NCBI GenBank assembly: GCA_050575255.1
Contig: JBNZDD010013726.1
Span: forward strand, 6,270,465 to 6,334,464
Direction: 5' to 3'
From: Harriotta raleighana
Lineage: Eukaryota
Length of the DNA stretch: 64,000 nt
A program made the position numbers and the translations under genes. Under the pieces are notes generated by a model, which did no database searches, had not been told where the DNA came from, and worked only from the letters and a program-made list of their open reading frames with translations. Below, one piece after another: positions 1 to 11,452 of the stretch (its first letter is position 1; each line of letters begins with the position of its first letter).

Positions 1-434
1 GAAAGGACCTATTTTGCGTGTTTATTGTATGTTATCAATGTTTTAATTTCCTGCATAATATATAAGATTTATTTAATGAACACTTGAAGTGTTGCACAAA
101 GGGTGTACATTGCAAATTTGCATCTGAATACACTTAGATTTTCTTTAACAAAATCACTAGGTTTAACAGGAGGTAACCGCATTTTATATATAAATGTGTG
201 ACTACAGTAGGGTTTTTCCAACATGCACTTTTGAGCCAGTCAATTTCCCCTGTCCAGTTCTTCACAGCAGAGGACGGGGGCGCAATTGGCCAGAGCTTTA
301 TCGGCACTAAGTGTACACATACTGGCGCAGGTACATTCCCCCAAATAGTTCCACATGTTTTAAAACCTAGGCCTGTGACTGGAGAAGCCCCACATATCAG
401 GATCCCAGTTTGATGCCAACACCAGAGTTTGTTT

Positions 435-1058
435 GGTCTGGGCTGAGCTGGGATTTGAGCTGAGGTCTGAGATGAGCCTGAGTTGAGGTGAGTATGGGCT
501 GGGGTTAACCGGGTCTGAGCCAGACTCTGGCCAGAGACGAATCTGGTTTGAGTCTGGCTCATTTACTAAGGTGGGAAGTGTTTGAGCCTGCCTCTGGATG
601 GAGCTAGGTTCTAGGCTGAGGTGAGTCTAGGGTGAGCTGGGCTCTGGCGAAGTGGGCTCACATGTGACCCTGGCTAAAGTCTGAAGTGAGTCAGGTTTGA
701 GCCTCGTTCGGGGCTGAGGTGAGTGGGATTGGAGTGTGTCTCAGGGCTGAGATGAATGGGGTTTGAGCCGGGCTTAGGGCTGAGATGAGCAGGGTTTCAG
801 TCTACCCCAGAGCTGGGCTGGGCTCTGGGGTGAGGTGAGCCGGGATGAGGTGAGTCGAGTTTGAGCCAGGCTTTGGGATGGGGGTGAGCGGGGTTGTGGG
901 CTGAGGTGAGCCGGGCTCTGGGATGAGGGTGGTGGGGGGGAATGTGGTGAGCTGGGTTTGAGCCTGGGATGGAGGTGAGCGCGGTTTGAGCCTGGTTCCG
1001 GGCTGTAGTGAGCCGGGCTCTGGGATGAGGTTGGGGTTTTGAGTCTGGGCTGAGCTGG
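435..1058. repeat. Degenerate G/T-rich tandem array built from GGGCT/GAGCT/GAGGTGAG/GTTTGAGCC units
   Basis: Recurrent GGGCTGAGGTGAG and GGGTTTGAGCC units. At least seven GAGGTGAG copies. Exact repeat GTGAGCCGGGCTCTGGGATGAGG at ~906 and ~1008. Strong G-over-C skew on the + strand. Confidence 0.8.
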
Positions 1059-1060
1059 AT

Positions 1061-1070
1061 GTCACGTGAC
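1061..1070. promoter_or_regulatory. Palindromic extended E-box / CLEAR motif GTCACGTGAC (USF or MiT-TFE class)
   Basis: Perfect 10-bp palindrome at the 5' edge of the CpG-rich region upstream of PTEN. Confidence 0.6.
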
Positions 1071-1340
1071 CCGCCTGGGATCCAAAAGTAGCGCCGCCCT
1101 GTCAGCAGCGCGTCAATCCGCCGCCGGATAACCACCGCAACCAGTGTTGTAATATCTCATTTTTTTAAAAGCGCACTTAAAAGAAACGCCTTCGCCGAGA
1201 CGCGAAACTTGCTTCAAAAGCAAGAGAGCGGCGGCTGTGTAGACTTCATTTGAGGGGAAGGAGGTTTGCTGAAAGGGGAGGGCGCTTTCTTGCGCCGGCG
1301 GAAGGTTACGGTGCGCTGCGCTGTCTTTTCCCGGGAAGCC

Positions 1341-1355
1341 ATGATGGAAGTTTGA
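1341..1355 (+). promoter_or_regulatory. Micro-uORF ATG ATG GAA GTT TGA (M-M-E-V-stop) in the PTEN leader
   Basis: Read directly: gaagcc ATG ATG GAA GTT TGA. First ATG has G at -3; second has A at -3 and G at +4. Confidence 0.65.
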
Positions 1356-2286
1356 GAATCGGAGCGGCGGCCGGAGCCGGGGCTGGAGTCGGGAGCCGGG
1401 CCGCAGCTGGAGCCGGAGCCGGACCCAGACCCAGAGCGAGTGAGGGAACGGGTGGGCAGGCAGGAAGGCGGGTGAGGGAGCGAGCGAACAAGCATCACCC
1501 CCCCCCCCCCTCACACACCCCCTTTCTGCTCTCAACCCCCAGAAAGAGCTCCATCTCGTCCCCTTTTTATTATTTGGCTGTAAAGAGGAAGAAGAGCCTG
1601 GATTCGGGAGCGTGGATTAATGCTGTGTTTGCTGCACGAACGAAGACTCACTCACTGACTCAGTGAAAAAAAGGGAGCCCCGGAGCCGGGTTTTTTTTTA
1701 CCCCCCCCCCCCCCGCCGAAAAATAAACTTTTTATAGATAAATATAAAAAAAAGAAACGTCTCAGTTTTATACCTGTTTGAATCACGGACGAAGATTCCC
1801 CCCCCCCCCTTTTTTTTCCCCCCTTTTTCCCCCCTTTTTCCCCCTTTCCTACCCCCTCCCTCCCTCCCTCCCACCCCCTCTCCTCTTCCCCTTCCTCCTC
1901 CTCCTCCTTCCCCGACCCGGCGGCAGCGGAGGACGAGGAATCGGAGACGGAGCCTGTGATTGTGGGACGGCCTCAGCACGCAATTTGGATCATTCTCACC
2001 TACTGTTCTCCCATGGTGATTTTATTTATACATATTATACATCTGTACACACACAAACTCACACACACACATCAAGGCCTCCGAAAAGCATCCCCCCCCA
2101 CCACCGCAGAGATTATTGACGGAGCTGACTGAGGAGGTGTGTGAGAGAGCGAGAGTTGCTCGGTGGTGTAGGCCCTGTGTGTGACAGCAGCCATAATCAG
2201 CGAACAGCCCAGAGCCCATTTCCACATCCTCCACCACCACCACCACCACCTCCTCCTCCGCTGGAGCCGGGATCGCACGCACAGAC

Positions 2287-2365
2287 ATGGCTTCGAGAAT
2301 TAAAGAACTTGTCAGCAGAAACAAGAGGAGATTCCAGGAAGATGGATTCGACTTGGACTTGACGT
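2287..2365 (+). CDS. PTEN: PTEN coding exon 1 ([26 protein letters not shown]; PIP2-binding motif)
   Basis: cagacATGG start; 79 nt as in human exon 1; followed by the U12-type donor GTATCCATTT. Confidence 0.98.
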
Positions 2366-2470
2366 GTATCCATTTGAAAATCGCCTGTGATGGGTTGCTA
2401 ACCGAAGGCAAATGGGGTTTGGTTTGAATGGAGGAGAACACATCCATGCAGTGTTTCATTTTTTTTCTAG

Positions 2471-2506
<36 letters not shown>

Positions 2507-5500
2507 NGGGGGGGGGGGGGGGAGGGGGAGGGGAGAGTGGAGGGTGAAACAAGATGTGGTTCCTCCCTTTTTTTTTAAAAAACTGGGATTTGCACAATTT
2601 CAAGGTTACTATGTTCACATTTTTCTTGACTTGGTCATTAGGGCTGCAGAAGAACATTTGAGATTGACCTTTTTGTGTTCATAGAAACCCAAATTAGAAA
2701 TGTGGCGTGGGAATGTAACTTGGTTCTGTAAATTACATTTGTAAAGTCATTATGCATTGCATTGTTGTACTGAAACAACGATTGTGCAGATCTTGACATG
2801 CCTTGCGTTGTGTCTGCAGGGATCGAAGATACTTAATGTGTGATTAGGCATTGGCCTAGATGGGAAAGGATGAGGTTAGATGTCAAATATTTGGAGATAG
2901 TCATGATATCGCCCACAAATATACAGTCAATTTTTCCTACTTTCCTTCCTCCGACCCCTCCTCCCCCTGCTCTGATCCCTACTTGACTGCACAGCGCCTT
3001 GGGACGTTCTCCTGACGTGAAAGGCTCTATATAAATGTAATTTGGATTGATTGAATGATAGATATGTAATGGTGTTTGGATAGTGAGAGATAGTGTTTCG
3101 TTTGCAATTATTATTAATAATAATCCTTCCATTTGATATAACGCTTTTCACATCTGGATCTCTGAAGTTTTTTCTTTATTTTTTCATGTGAGAAGTTCTT
3201 TCTTTAAGGTATTTACTTTAGTGGGAGATCAAGGTCTTATTTTAGTTTTTTTAAAGCAATGTTGCAAAAGTAGTTTTAATTGTGTTCGGTGTTGTTATAC
3301 CTAGTGATGGACAAATGTTTTTATTTTCAATGAGTGATTGTTCTGCATGATGAAATGGGGTGTGGATCGTAACTGGTATAACACAGGTCAGACCACAGAT
3401 CATAATCACTAGAAGATAGCTAATGCTCTGACTTTAGGAATTTCTTTTCGCATTACAGCAATTTAATATTCTGCTCTTATTTCCAGTGTGAAAAAATATA
3501 TCGCGTCGGTCTTTGCCTGTTTTGAAAACTATTGAGCCTTTGAAACTCGTTTCACGTTCAGTGTTTGACAGTCGGGAAATATATTTAAAAAACCTGCAAT
3601 AAGCAGGTTATGGAAGTGGTGCCATGACCACCAGTTGACATTAACAAACCCTGCTGTATAAAGTTGTTCATGTTACTGTAATTTTTGAACCCTGTGTGGG
3701 ATATTCGTCACCAGAAAATGTCCATCTTATTAGAAATAGCTACATTTCAATTTGGGTTATTCTGTTTTAGGAATCCTTGGAAATGGGTTATTTAAAAAAA
3801 AATGGAAACCTTCTGTCAAGGGTCAAAGTAATAACTGCATGCTTGAATGCTTGTTGTGCATGTAAGCAAAGGTTGGGTATACCCAATCCTGTTGAATTGC
3901 ACTTTTTTGGTCCAGACTCAGTACATCATTCAAATTCGTACTATTTAACTATTCGATTGTGACAAGAGGTAGGTAGGTTCATTTGTGTAGGTGCGTATTT
4001 GATTAATGTAGACGTATTTTTTGCAGAGTTTTATCAGTTTTAAAACTTAAATATTCCAGGTTCACAACATTTTGCCTGGCTAAATTTAGAAACAGTATTG
4101 TGAAATGCTAACTTGAATTCTCTAAATGAAGTAAGTGTGACAATGTGGAGCTTTTTAATTTTTTAATGTAATGCATGGTTTTAGGATCACACAATGTAAC
4201 ATTTTGTCTGAAACAAATACTGTCGAGCGCCTTGGGACGTCCTCCTGACGTGATACGCACTATAACTAGTGAAATTTTGTGGTTGTAACATGGTTTTTAC
4301 ACTTTCTGTATGGCTAGCATAAAGTTTAACACCGTATTAGACAAGGCATCTTATTTTGCCTTTAGTGCAATGCTTATTGCTGTTTTGTGACTGCTCGGTT
4401 TTCGTTGTGCATTGTTTTGGTTAATCTTTTAAGACTGTTCCCGGTATTAATTAGCAATAAGATAGATCTTTGGGTAGGTTCTAAGGCATTTTGTTGTTCA
4501 ATATTGTGAGTACTGTTTAGCAATACAGATTTTTATATACATGTTTTATGATTAAAGCTTTTGAATATTAATTCCTAATTATATTTCAGCATGTTGCTTT
4601 GTATGACTTGTTCTTGATGGTATTTGACATTATGATTGGATTAAAATAGTAGTGTCTGGGTTAAAAGGCAACTAGAAATTGGTAGTGTTGGTGGTTCAGG
4701 TTGATTGTGGGAACAGCAATGAGTTGTGTAGAAAGCATTGCAAATGCCAGGGGATTAACTTGTCTTATAAATGTTTATAAGTAGGAATGCCCTGTAGATA
4801 TACCAGGTTTGTGTGTATATGTGTGTGTGTATATATTCAAACTTTGCTATATTTTATTAATATACTGTAAACTAAAACACTTGCCTCATTTAAACTGCAG
4901 TGTAGCAGCATTTCAGTTGTACATCAGGTCCCTCTTTTGGGGGCATTGTGGAACTCAATACTGTAGAAATAGAATACATTCACAAAATCCACCTGTAAAT
5001 TAAGGAATAAAATATATTATCTTTTTGGTTTCTAGACTGATATGTTGAGGGGCCCAGCTATGTGTATGGTGATTTATTCTTGTTTTAGTCTCTTTCTGTC
5101 TTATTCCGATCTGTATGTTGTGCACAAACCATGTAATATAGTAGATGTATTTGTGCATAATATTCGTTCTATGGTATGTGGATATTTTGGAAGGTAATAG
5201 AAAGGGTTTAAAAAGTAAAATATTGCAAACCAAACAAAGCTTATGCAGTCTCCTCAACATCTCTAAACTGAGATATGTTACTGTTTTGGAATGTGCTCCA
5301 GTTTGCTAATCCATAAATATACAGAATAATATTACAAGTCTATTTTGCAGTCTTTCATGATTATTTTTAATTCAAGTACTGTAAAAAGTTACTGGGTAAT
5401 TTAAGCATTACCAATTTGAAATTGAAAAAATTCATATTTAGAGTATTTTAATTTTAGGTAACTTCTTTAGTTGCTGTAGTGCATATATTGTAAAGTTTGC

Positions 5501-8310
5501 ATTTTATAGTAATTATATAATTATACAGTGTGACATTGCTGATGTTAAAGTTACACACCACAAATTGAAAGAAGAAAGTATCTTTCTGTCCAGGTTAATA
5601 ATTTCCCAGCTAAGATAGGTCATTAATTTCATGTCCGTTTATGGGACATTGCTGTTGTGTTCAACTGCAAAAATATAGAGTCGCCGAATCCTGTGAAATG
5701 CTTTGAGACATCTTCCCAGTGTGAAAGACAGCATACCAAATACAATTACTTTATTTTGGCTAACTTTTTACTGTTTTGAGAGGGTTTTTTTTGTTAGATG
5801 GATTGATATATGACTCCTGCTTTATTGTTTTAAATTGGGCTGTTTTTCATGATGATTCACCCCTTATAATGTGGGTGGAGGTCGGACTGACTGCCACTTC
5901 AATGGGTTGCTGCCTTCTGTAGTTAGAATGAACTCAATATTTGAGGTTTGAGTCTGAATCGAAATTGCTTTCACAGAAAACAGTAAAGCCTCATCTTCAT
6001 CTTACTGGACACCAGGTTTCCAGAATTCGAACGTAGCCAGAATGGGCCGAAAACCCCAAGAATTTTATATATAGGCCTCTTAGTGCATTATTTGTCTTCA
6101 CGGTGGCCAGGGATATTGACTCAGATTGTTTAAATCTCGTGAACAGAAAATAGCTTATCACTGTCTTCTGCTTGCAGGGCTCAAACAATTAAACACTAAG
6201 CAGGAAATTCTGGCTTGCCAGACTGGATTTCTTGCCACCATTCGTCTAGCTAGATGGGGTTTAAGTGTGTGGCTTGTAGCAATTTCATAACTGGTTTCGG
6301 GGTACAATTGTCAAGATTCAGATGGCGATCCTTTTCTTAATTGGTATCAGTTGGTAATGTGATCTTGGCTTTGTACAAGCTTCTTGCTTCGGGGTCAGAA
6401 AATTATGGGTCAAGCCCCCACTTTGTGACCTTGAGCTCCCAGTCGATTCCTCCAGTAGAGTACTTGGGAGTATTGCATTGACAGAAACTTCAAATGAGAT
6501 AATAGATAAATAATAATGATCCTTGCATTCGATATAGCACTTTTCATGTCTTCTAGACGTTTCAAAGTGCTTCACAGAATACACTGTAAAATGAATTGAC
6601 TGTATATTTGTGGGTAAAATATGTCAATCAGATGTCCTGTCTGCCTTTCCAGTAGCCATTAAGGATCTATGATGCTATTCAAAAATAGGCGGTAGTTTTT
6701 CTATTCTGGCCAACATTCCTCCAGATGAATTGGTCATTCACTTCATGGTTGCTTATGTGAAAAATGCCTGTCTTGTTTGTTGAAAAATATGCAGTCACTT
6801 CGCTTTATAAGTGATTATTGTGAAGCATAATGAGACATTGCAACATTTCAGGATCTATATCAAATTTAAAGATGTTTGTATTGGAACAGAATTGCACTTC
6901 ACTCTTGATGTTTTACATATCAACTTGTCTGTTGCCATTGCTGTTCCTAAAACCATATAAAGAGGTTTTCTGACACCTGTGGATGTGTAGTCCAGTAGCT
7001 GAGGAATTATAGCCCAGGCTTTGGAGGTTATTGATTAATGATAAAGAATTCAAACCAGCAGGTTTTCTGACAGTCCAATTCTTGTAGAAGAGAAGAATGG
7101 CAATATGATTTTTTGGGGAATGCTGCAGTTTAATGGGATGAATTAGAACATCAATCTTGCTGTGATAGCACATTTTATTATTGGTGATTACCATCAAGGC
7201 AATCTCCAGAGTCAAATGAGCAATATCAAGAATGACAGTTTTTAGCACCTTCCATGGCATCACCACCTGAAATGTGTGCCCATAAATATGCTGCTGCTGG
7301 AGGCAAAGGCATGTGTGTTTTTTTAAATGCTGAAGGGAGTCTTGAGTTGTTGAAGCAATACCAGCCTTGCTGTACCAGCATGTGAAGTGGTTTATTGGCC
7401 TCCATTGTGGAAGGTATTGCCCAATGAAACTTCTGTTTGTGACTTTTTTTTAAAAATGTGCATGTGCAAGGTTGAAAAGTGGATCCAGCTGTGATAGAAA
7501 TTGCCCTGTAATATAAATGGGTGTTTTCCAGCAGTGGGAATGGCATACGGTTATAAATGAAGTAATAACTGGCCTTTGGAGAACAAACGTTTAAGGGTGG
7601 TGCGAACAGTCAGGTGTTTAACTATATTACAGTGCTTTATTTGCTTCGAATATAAATATCTGTTGCATCAGTGGCTGAAATATATGTGGGACTCTTCCAT
7701 TTAAATTGCAGACCAGATTTACATCAGATGGCAGCAAGCAAATTCCATATTTCAAACTCCTGAATTAAACAATTTTCTGGTTATTGACCCTGTCGAGACC
7801 AGTGAAGTAAAAACTGTAATACCAACTTGAATGGGCACTCGCTGCCCACAGCCAGAAACAAAACAATGGCTTGTCCAACATCACTGAATGGCAATTAGTC
7901 TTGTTTGGCAGGAAGAAAACACGCCCATGAATAGGTGGTCGGTGCCTCTAGAAGTAGTACTCTTGCCATTTTTTTTGCTTGCTGATTTATAAATGCAGCA
8001 TTATGCAGTACTGTGTATGTTTGGTATTTCTTCATATTGTGGGCATAAATGGCCATTCATTTCTAAATAATGCCAGGAAGGAGAAAGTATTTAGTTCACT
8101 AACAGGTTTCATTTAATAGTTTTGGTGAGTGTTTGAAACGTTCTAAAGTGTTAACTTCAGCTGCAAGGGACATTTCAAAAAATAGATTGTTTTTAAAAAA
8201 GTATCTAGTGAAACTATACAATGAATAGGCAGTTCTTTTAGGAATCCAATGCAGAAAGCAAGCAAAGAATATACTATTGGAATTTGCATGTCTTTTTTCC
8301 TCTCCATAAA

Positions 8311-8597
8311 TAATAATAATTCTTGCTTATGATATAGCGCTTTACACATCTTCTAGGTGTCTCAAAGAGCTTCAGTGAAAAGTGAAATGACTGTACATTT
8401 GTGGGCAAAGCATGGCAGCTAATTCCGCACTGCAGTGTTCCACAAACAATCGTGAATTAAAGTGACCAATTTATTGTTGGTATTTTTTGAGGGATTATCA
8501 TCAGGCAACTTAAGAAAACTTGTGCAAGGTTTTGCCCTGCTGGGAATCAAACCCAGATCTCTCACTTGTGAGGCAAATGCTCTAGCCACTGAGCTAA
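8311..8597 (-). mobile_element. tRNA-headed DeuSINE-type SINE, near full length
   Basis: Reverse complement of the 52410 copy: TAGCTCAGTGG A-box, Deu-like core, L2-type tail ending in (ATT)n. Confidence 0.8.
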
Positions 8598-10234
8598 CGG
8601 TCTCCACAACCAGCAAGATTTGAAATGATTCAGGAATGTTGGCTGAGAGGCTGCAGCACAAGAAATGTAGCTCTTTGACTTTACTTTTGATCATGTACCC
8701 CTAATATAACTAGTTGAAAGTTGAAATTGCCTTAATATTATGCACAGGTGCAAACTTAGAAATATTTTTTGAATAAAATGTCATCACTTGAAATTTTGTG
8801 CTGCCTGGGAAATGGAGCACTCTTTTACTTTGGACATCCTTGCTATCTGCAAAACAGTCCCAAAGCAGCCAGAGCTGATGTCCAAAACACCCCATTAAAA
8901 ACAAAATTGATGCAACTTGCTTTGAGACACTTTCAGCAGAACCATTTTGCTCTTGACAGATGCCTCTTCTACTATTGCCCATTTTTCCCATTTCCTCTTT
9001 GTTTATAAATACAATAGTATCACACATACAGACATTCTTTTATGTGATGTTTACATTTATTTGAAGCTTACTCTTGTTATTAGTTACTATGGTTGGCACT
9101 AGTCAGAAAATTGAGTGTCACATGCAGTTTTCAAGCATATATAAAATCTAATTTTTTTTAAGGTAAAGATGGAACTGCAATGAGCAACGCGAAAGTGAGT
9201 GACATCAGTTAAGAATCATTCTGTGTTTGGGAAATATTATATTGGAATTCAAAATGATACCACAGTTACAAGAATTTTTTTATCTTGGCATCGAGATCCT
9301 GCTGTGCTGTTGAAGTGGGGTTGTGAGTTGCTGAAGAGTGGTGGGATGTAGATTTTGACTTGTAATTCTTGTATCGCTGAATTCTGAACTCTGGTGTCTT
9401 ACTGCAGAGTTTAATAAGAGTTTGGATGGAGAGGAGAGGCAAGTTGGCAGGAGATATGAAGCCTGATTACTTTGAAATCTAATGTGTAAATTTCAGAGTG
9501 CGGGAGTGGGCTTGGAGCAGTGAGAAGATGGGTTCATAATTTCAATACTTGTATTTTGTAATGTATCCCTCAAAATAATATCCAACTCACAGAGTATGTT
9601 CTACTGGGGCCTGTATTGGAATAGTTTTACCAGTGCTTTTATGTCACTGCTTTGGCTGTATTTCATGTGAGGATATACAGCGTAAAAGGGCCTTAAACTG
9701 GCTTAAAGATCTGATCTTTTCATATGTTCAGTAATGATCAATGATGGGAGCTTCAAATCAGCTTGCTATAATGGTATCATTGGATTCTGTTCTGCAGCAG
9801 TGTATCTTTATATGACATTACACCTCTGTTCTTCAGTTAATCCAATTAAATTATGTATTGCTAAAGCATTCAGAGACTTGCTGAACAGGAAAATGATCTG
9901 CCAACTTCAATCATAGTTATGCCTAGGTTATTTCTTATGTAGTTTGGTTTTATTATAGTATTTCACAGTTGACTCAAAAGCCAATTGCTACTGTAAGCAT
10001 GCTTTCGATTTGTAACCAAAAACTTCTGATGAGTAAATGTGTTTCAAAATTTAAGTTGTCTTTAACAGGATTGAACTGGCATTAAGATGATTATTATAAG
10101 TATAAGTGTAGCTAGTGAATGCATCTTTTTGGAATAAGAGAGATGACAACATCTCAAGAAAACACAATGGTAAAATTGTTTATTTTGACCATATGCTTTT
10201 GGGAGTGCTTTTTTCTTGAAAATACACTTTTTAC

Positions 10235-11313
10235 TTTATTAATAAACATGTCAGGAGGACCTCCCAAGGTGCTCAATAACACACAAATTACACACAGGCT
10301 GTGGGAAGAAACATGCCAGTATAATTTGTGTATTATTCAGTGCCTTGGGACATCGTCCTGATGTGAAAGGCGCTAAACAAGTGTAATTTTGTTGTTGTTA
10401 TTAGACATAGTCGGTAATTATGATTGCCACACGATATCTAAACTAGGAACCTTTGACTTGTATTTTATTTATGAAAGCCAATCTTAACTGAAGTTTTTAA
10501 TGTACTTTATAGATGTTAAACAAAGAGCTAGGCAGGTACATAATGAAGGATAATAAGACACAGCCCAGATGTGAAATGTGCTGGATAAATGCAATTTTCT
10601 TCCTTAGAATTACATTTATTGTCTCTTCAGATCATTTCTCCAGGTATGTAAAATTAGTTGGACCATCAGTTAGTTTTCCTTGTCTTTCAAATTTTTATAA
10701 TTGAAATACCTAGTTTAAATTTTTTTTAGTACGGTCTTTGTCAGGTTCGTTATCACTTTTTCACAACTCTGGTATAACAAAAATGAGGTGAACTTGAGAG
10801 CTTGATTCATTAGTGTCTAAAGGAGCTCAATAAATGTCTGTCAACTGTCTGGGAGCTGCAGTGTGAGTTCCAATTTTAAAGAGGAAGCATAATGTAAGGC
10901 TGTTGTTTAAACCAGAATCCGATGTTATATTGAGCAAGCAATGATCTGTTTCAGGTGAAACAAGATTGGATGCTCATTACATTTCATTTAAGAGTTGTGC
11001 TTTTGTTTCAGTTGGAAAGAAAAATTTTAATAGACATTACTCAACCATCCTAATCTGTGACATTACTCTTAAATGTACATTAGTAAAAATTGTCATTCTC
11101 TGTGCCTATTTTCAGCCTGCTTAGAAAGAAATTCACCCTGCGGTCTAATAACAACAACAAAATTACACTTGTATAGTGCCTTTCATGTCAGGACGATGAC
11201 CCAAGGCACTGAATAACTCATACGTTACACTAGCATGTTTCTTCCCACATTCTGGTGTAATTTGTGTGTTATTGAGTGCCTTGAGAGGTTCTCCTGATGT
11301 GTTTATTAATAAA
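10235..11313. repeat. Inverted repeat pair 10235-10406 / 11143-11313
   Basis: The two ~170-bp segments are recognisably reverse complements, including shared non-consensus internal sequence. Confidence 0.85.
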
Positions 11314-11452
11314 CTGTGTGGAAAATTAATATCACAGTAGGTAGGTGTTAAGCATGTGAAAGTTTCTATTATTGTGATATATAAATCTTGCATTTGATAT
11401 ATATCATATCTTGGAGATGTCTCAAATCACTTCACAGAATATATTGTGAAGC

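Larger units (their letters stand above)
1060..2286 (+). promoter_or_regulatory. PTEN: PTEN CpG-island promoter and long 5' leader
   Basis: High CpG density against an AT-rich background. Blocks resemble the human PTEN 5'UTR as recalled (GCCATGATGGAAGTTTGAGA; CAGCAGCCAT..CCAGAGCC.ATTTCCA; CAGAC-ATG). TSS cannot be placed exactly. Confidence 0.8.

Noticed and set aside
134-1135. Minus-strand ORFs of 87-142 aa upstream of PTEN (possible KLLN-like gene)
   Set aside because: They are translations of the low-complexity array (P/H/Q/T/S-rich), with no recognisable domain or similarity to KLLN or ATAD1.
2472-2522. ~50-nt poly-G run near the intron-1 donor (G-quadruplex candidate)
   Set aside because: It contains an N at 2507, so its length is unreliable and probably reflects a sequencing or gap artefact.
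1113-2684. Many overlapping ORFs across the promoter and exon 1
   Set aside because: Expected in GC-rich, homopolymer-rich DNA; most use non-ATG starts and encode poly-P or poly-G.
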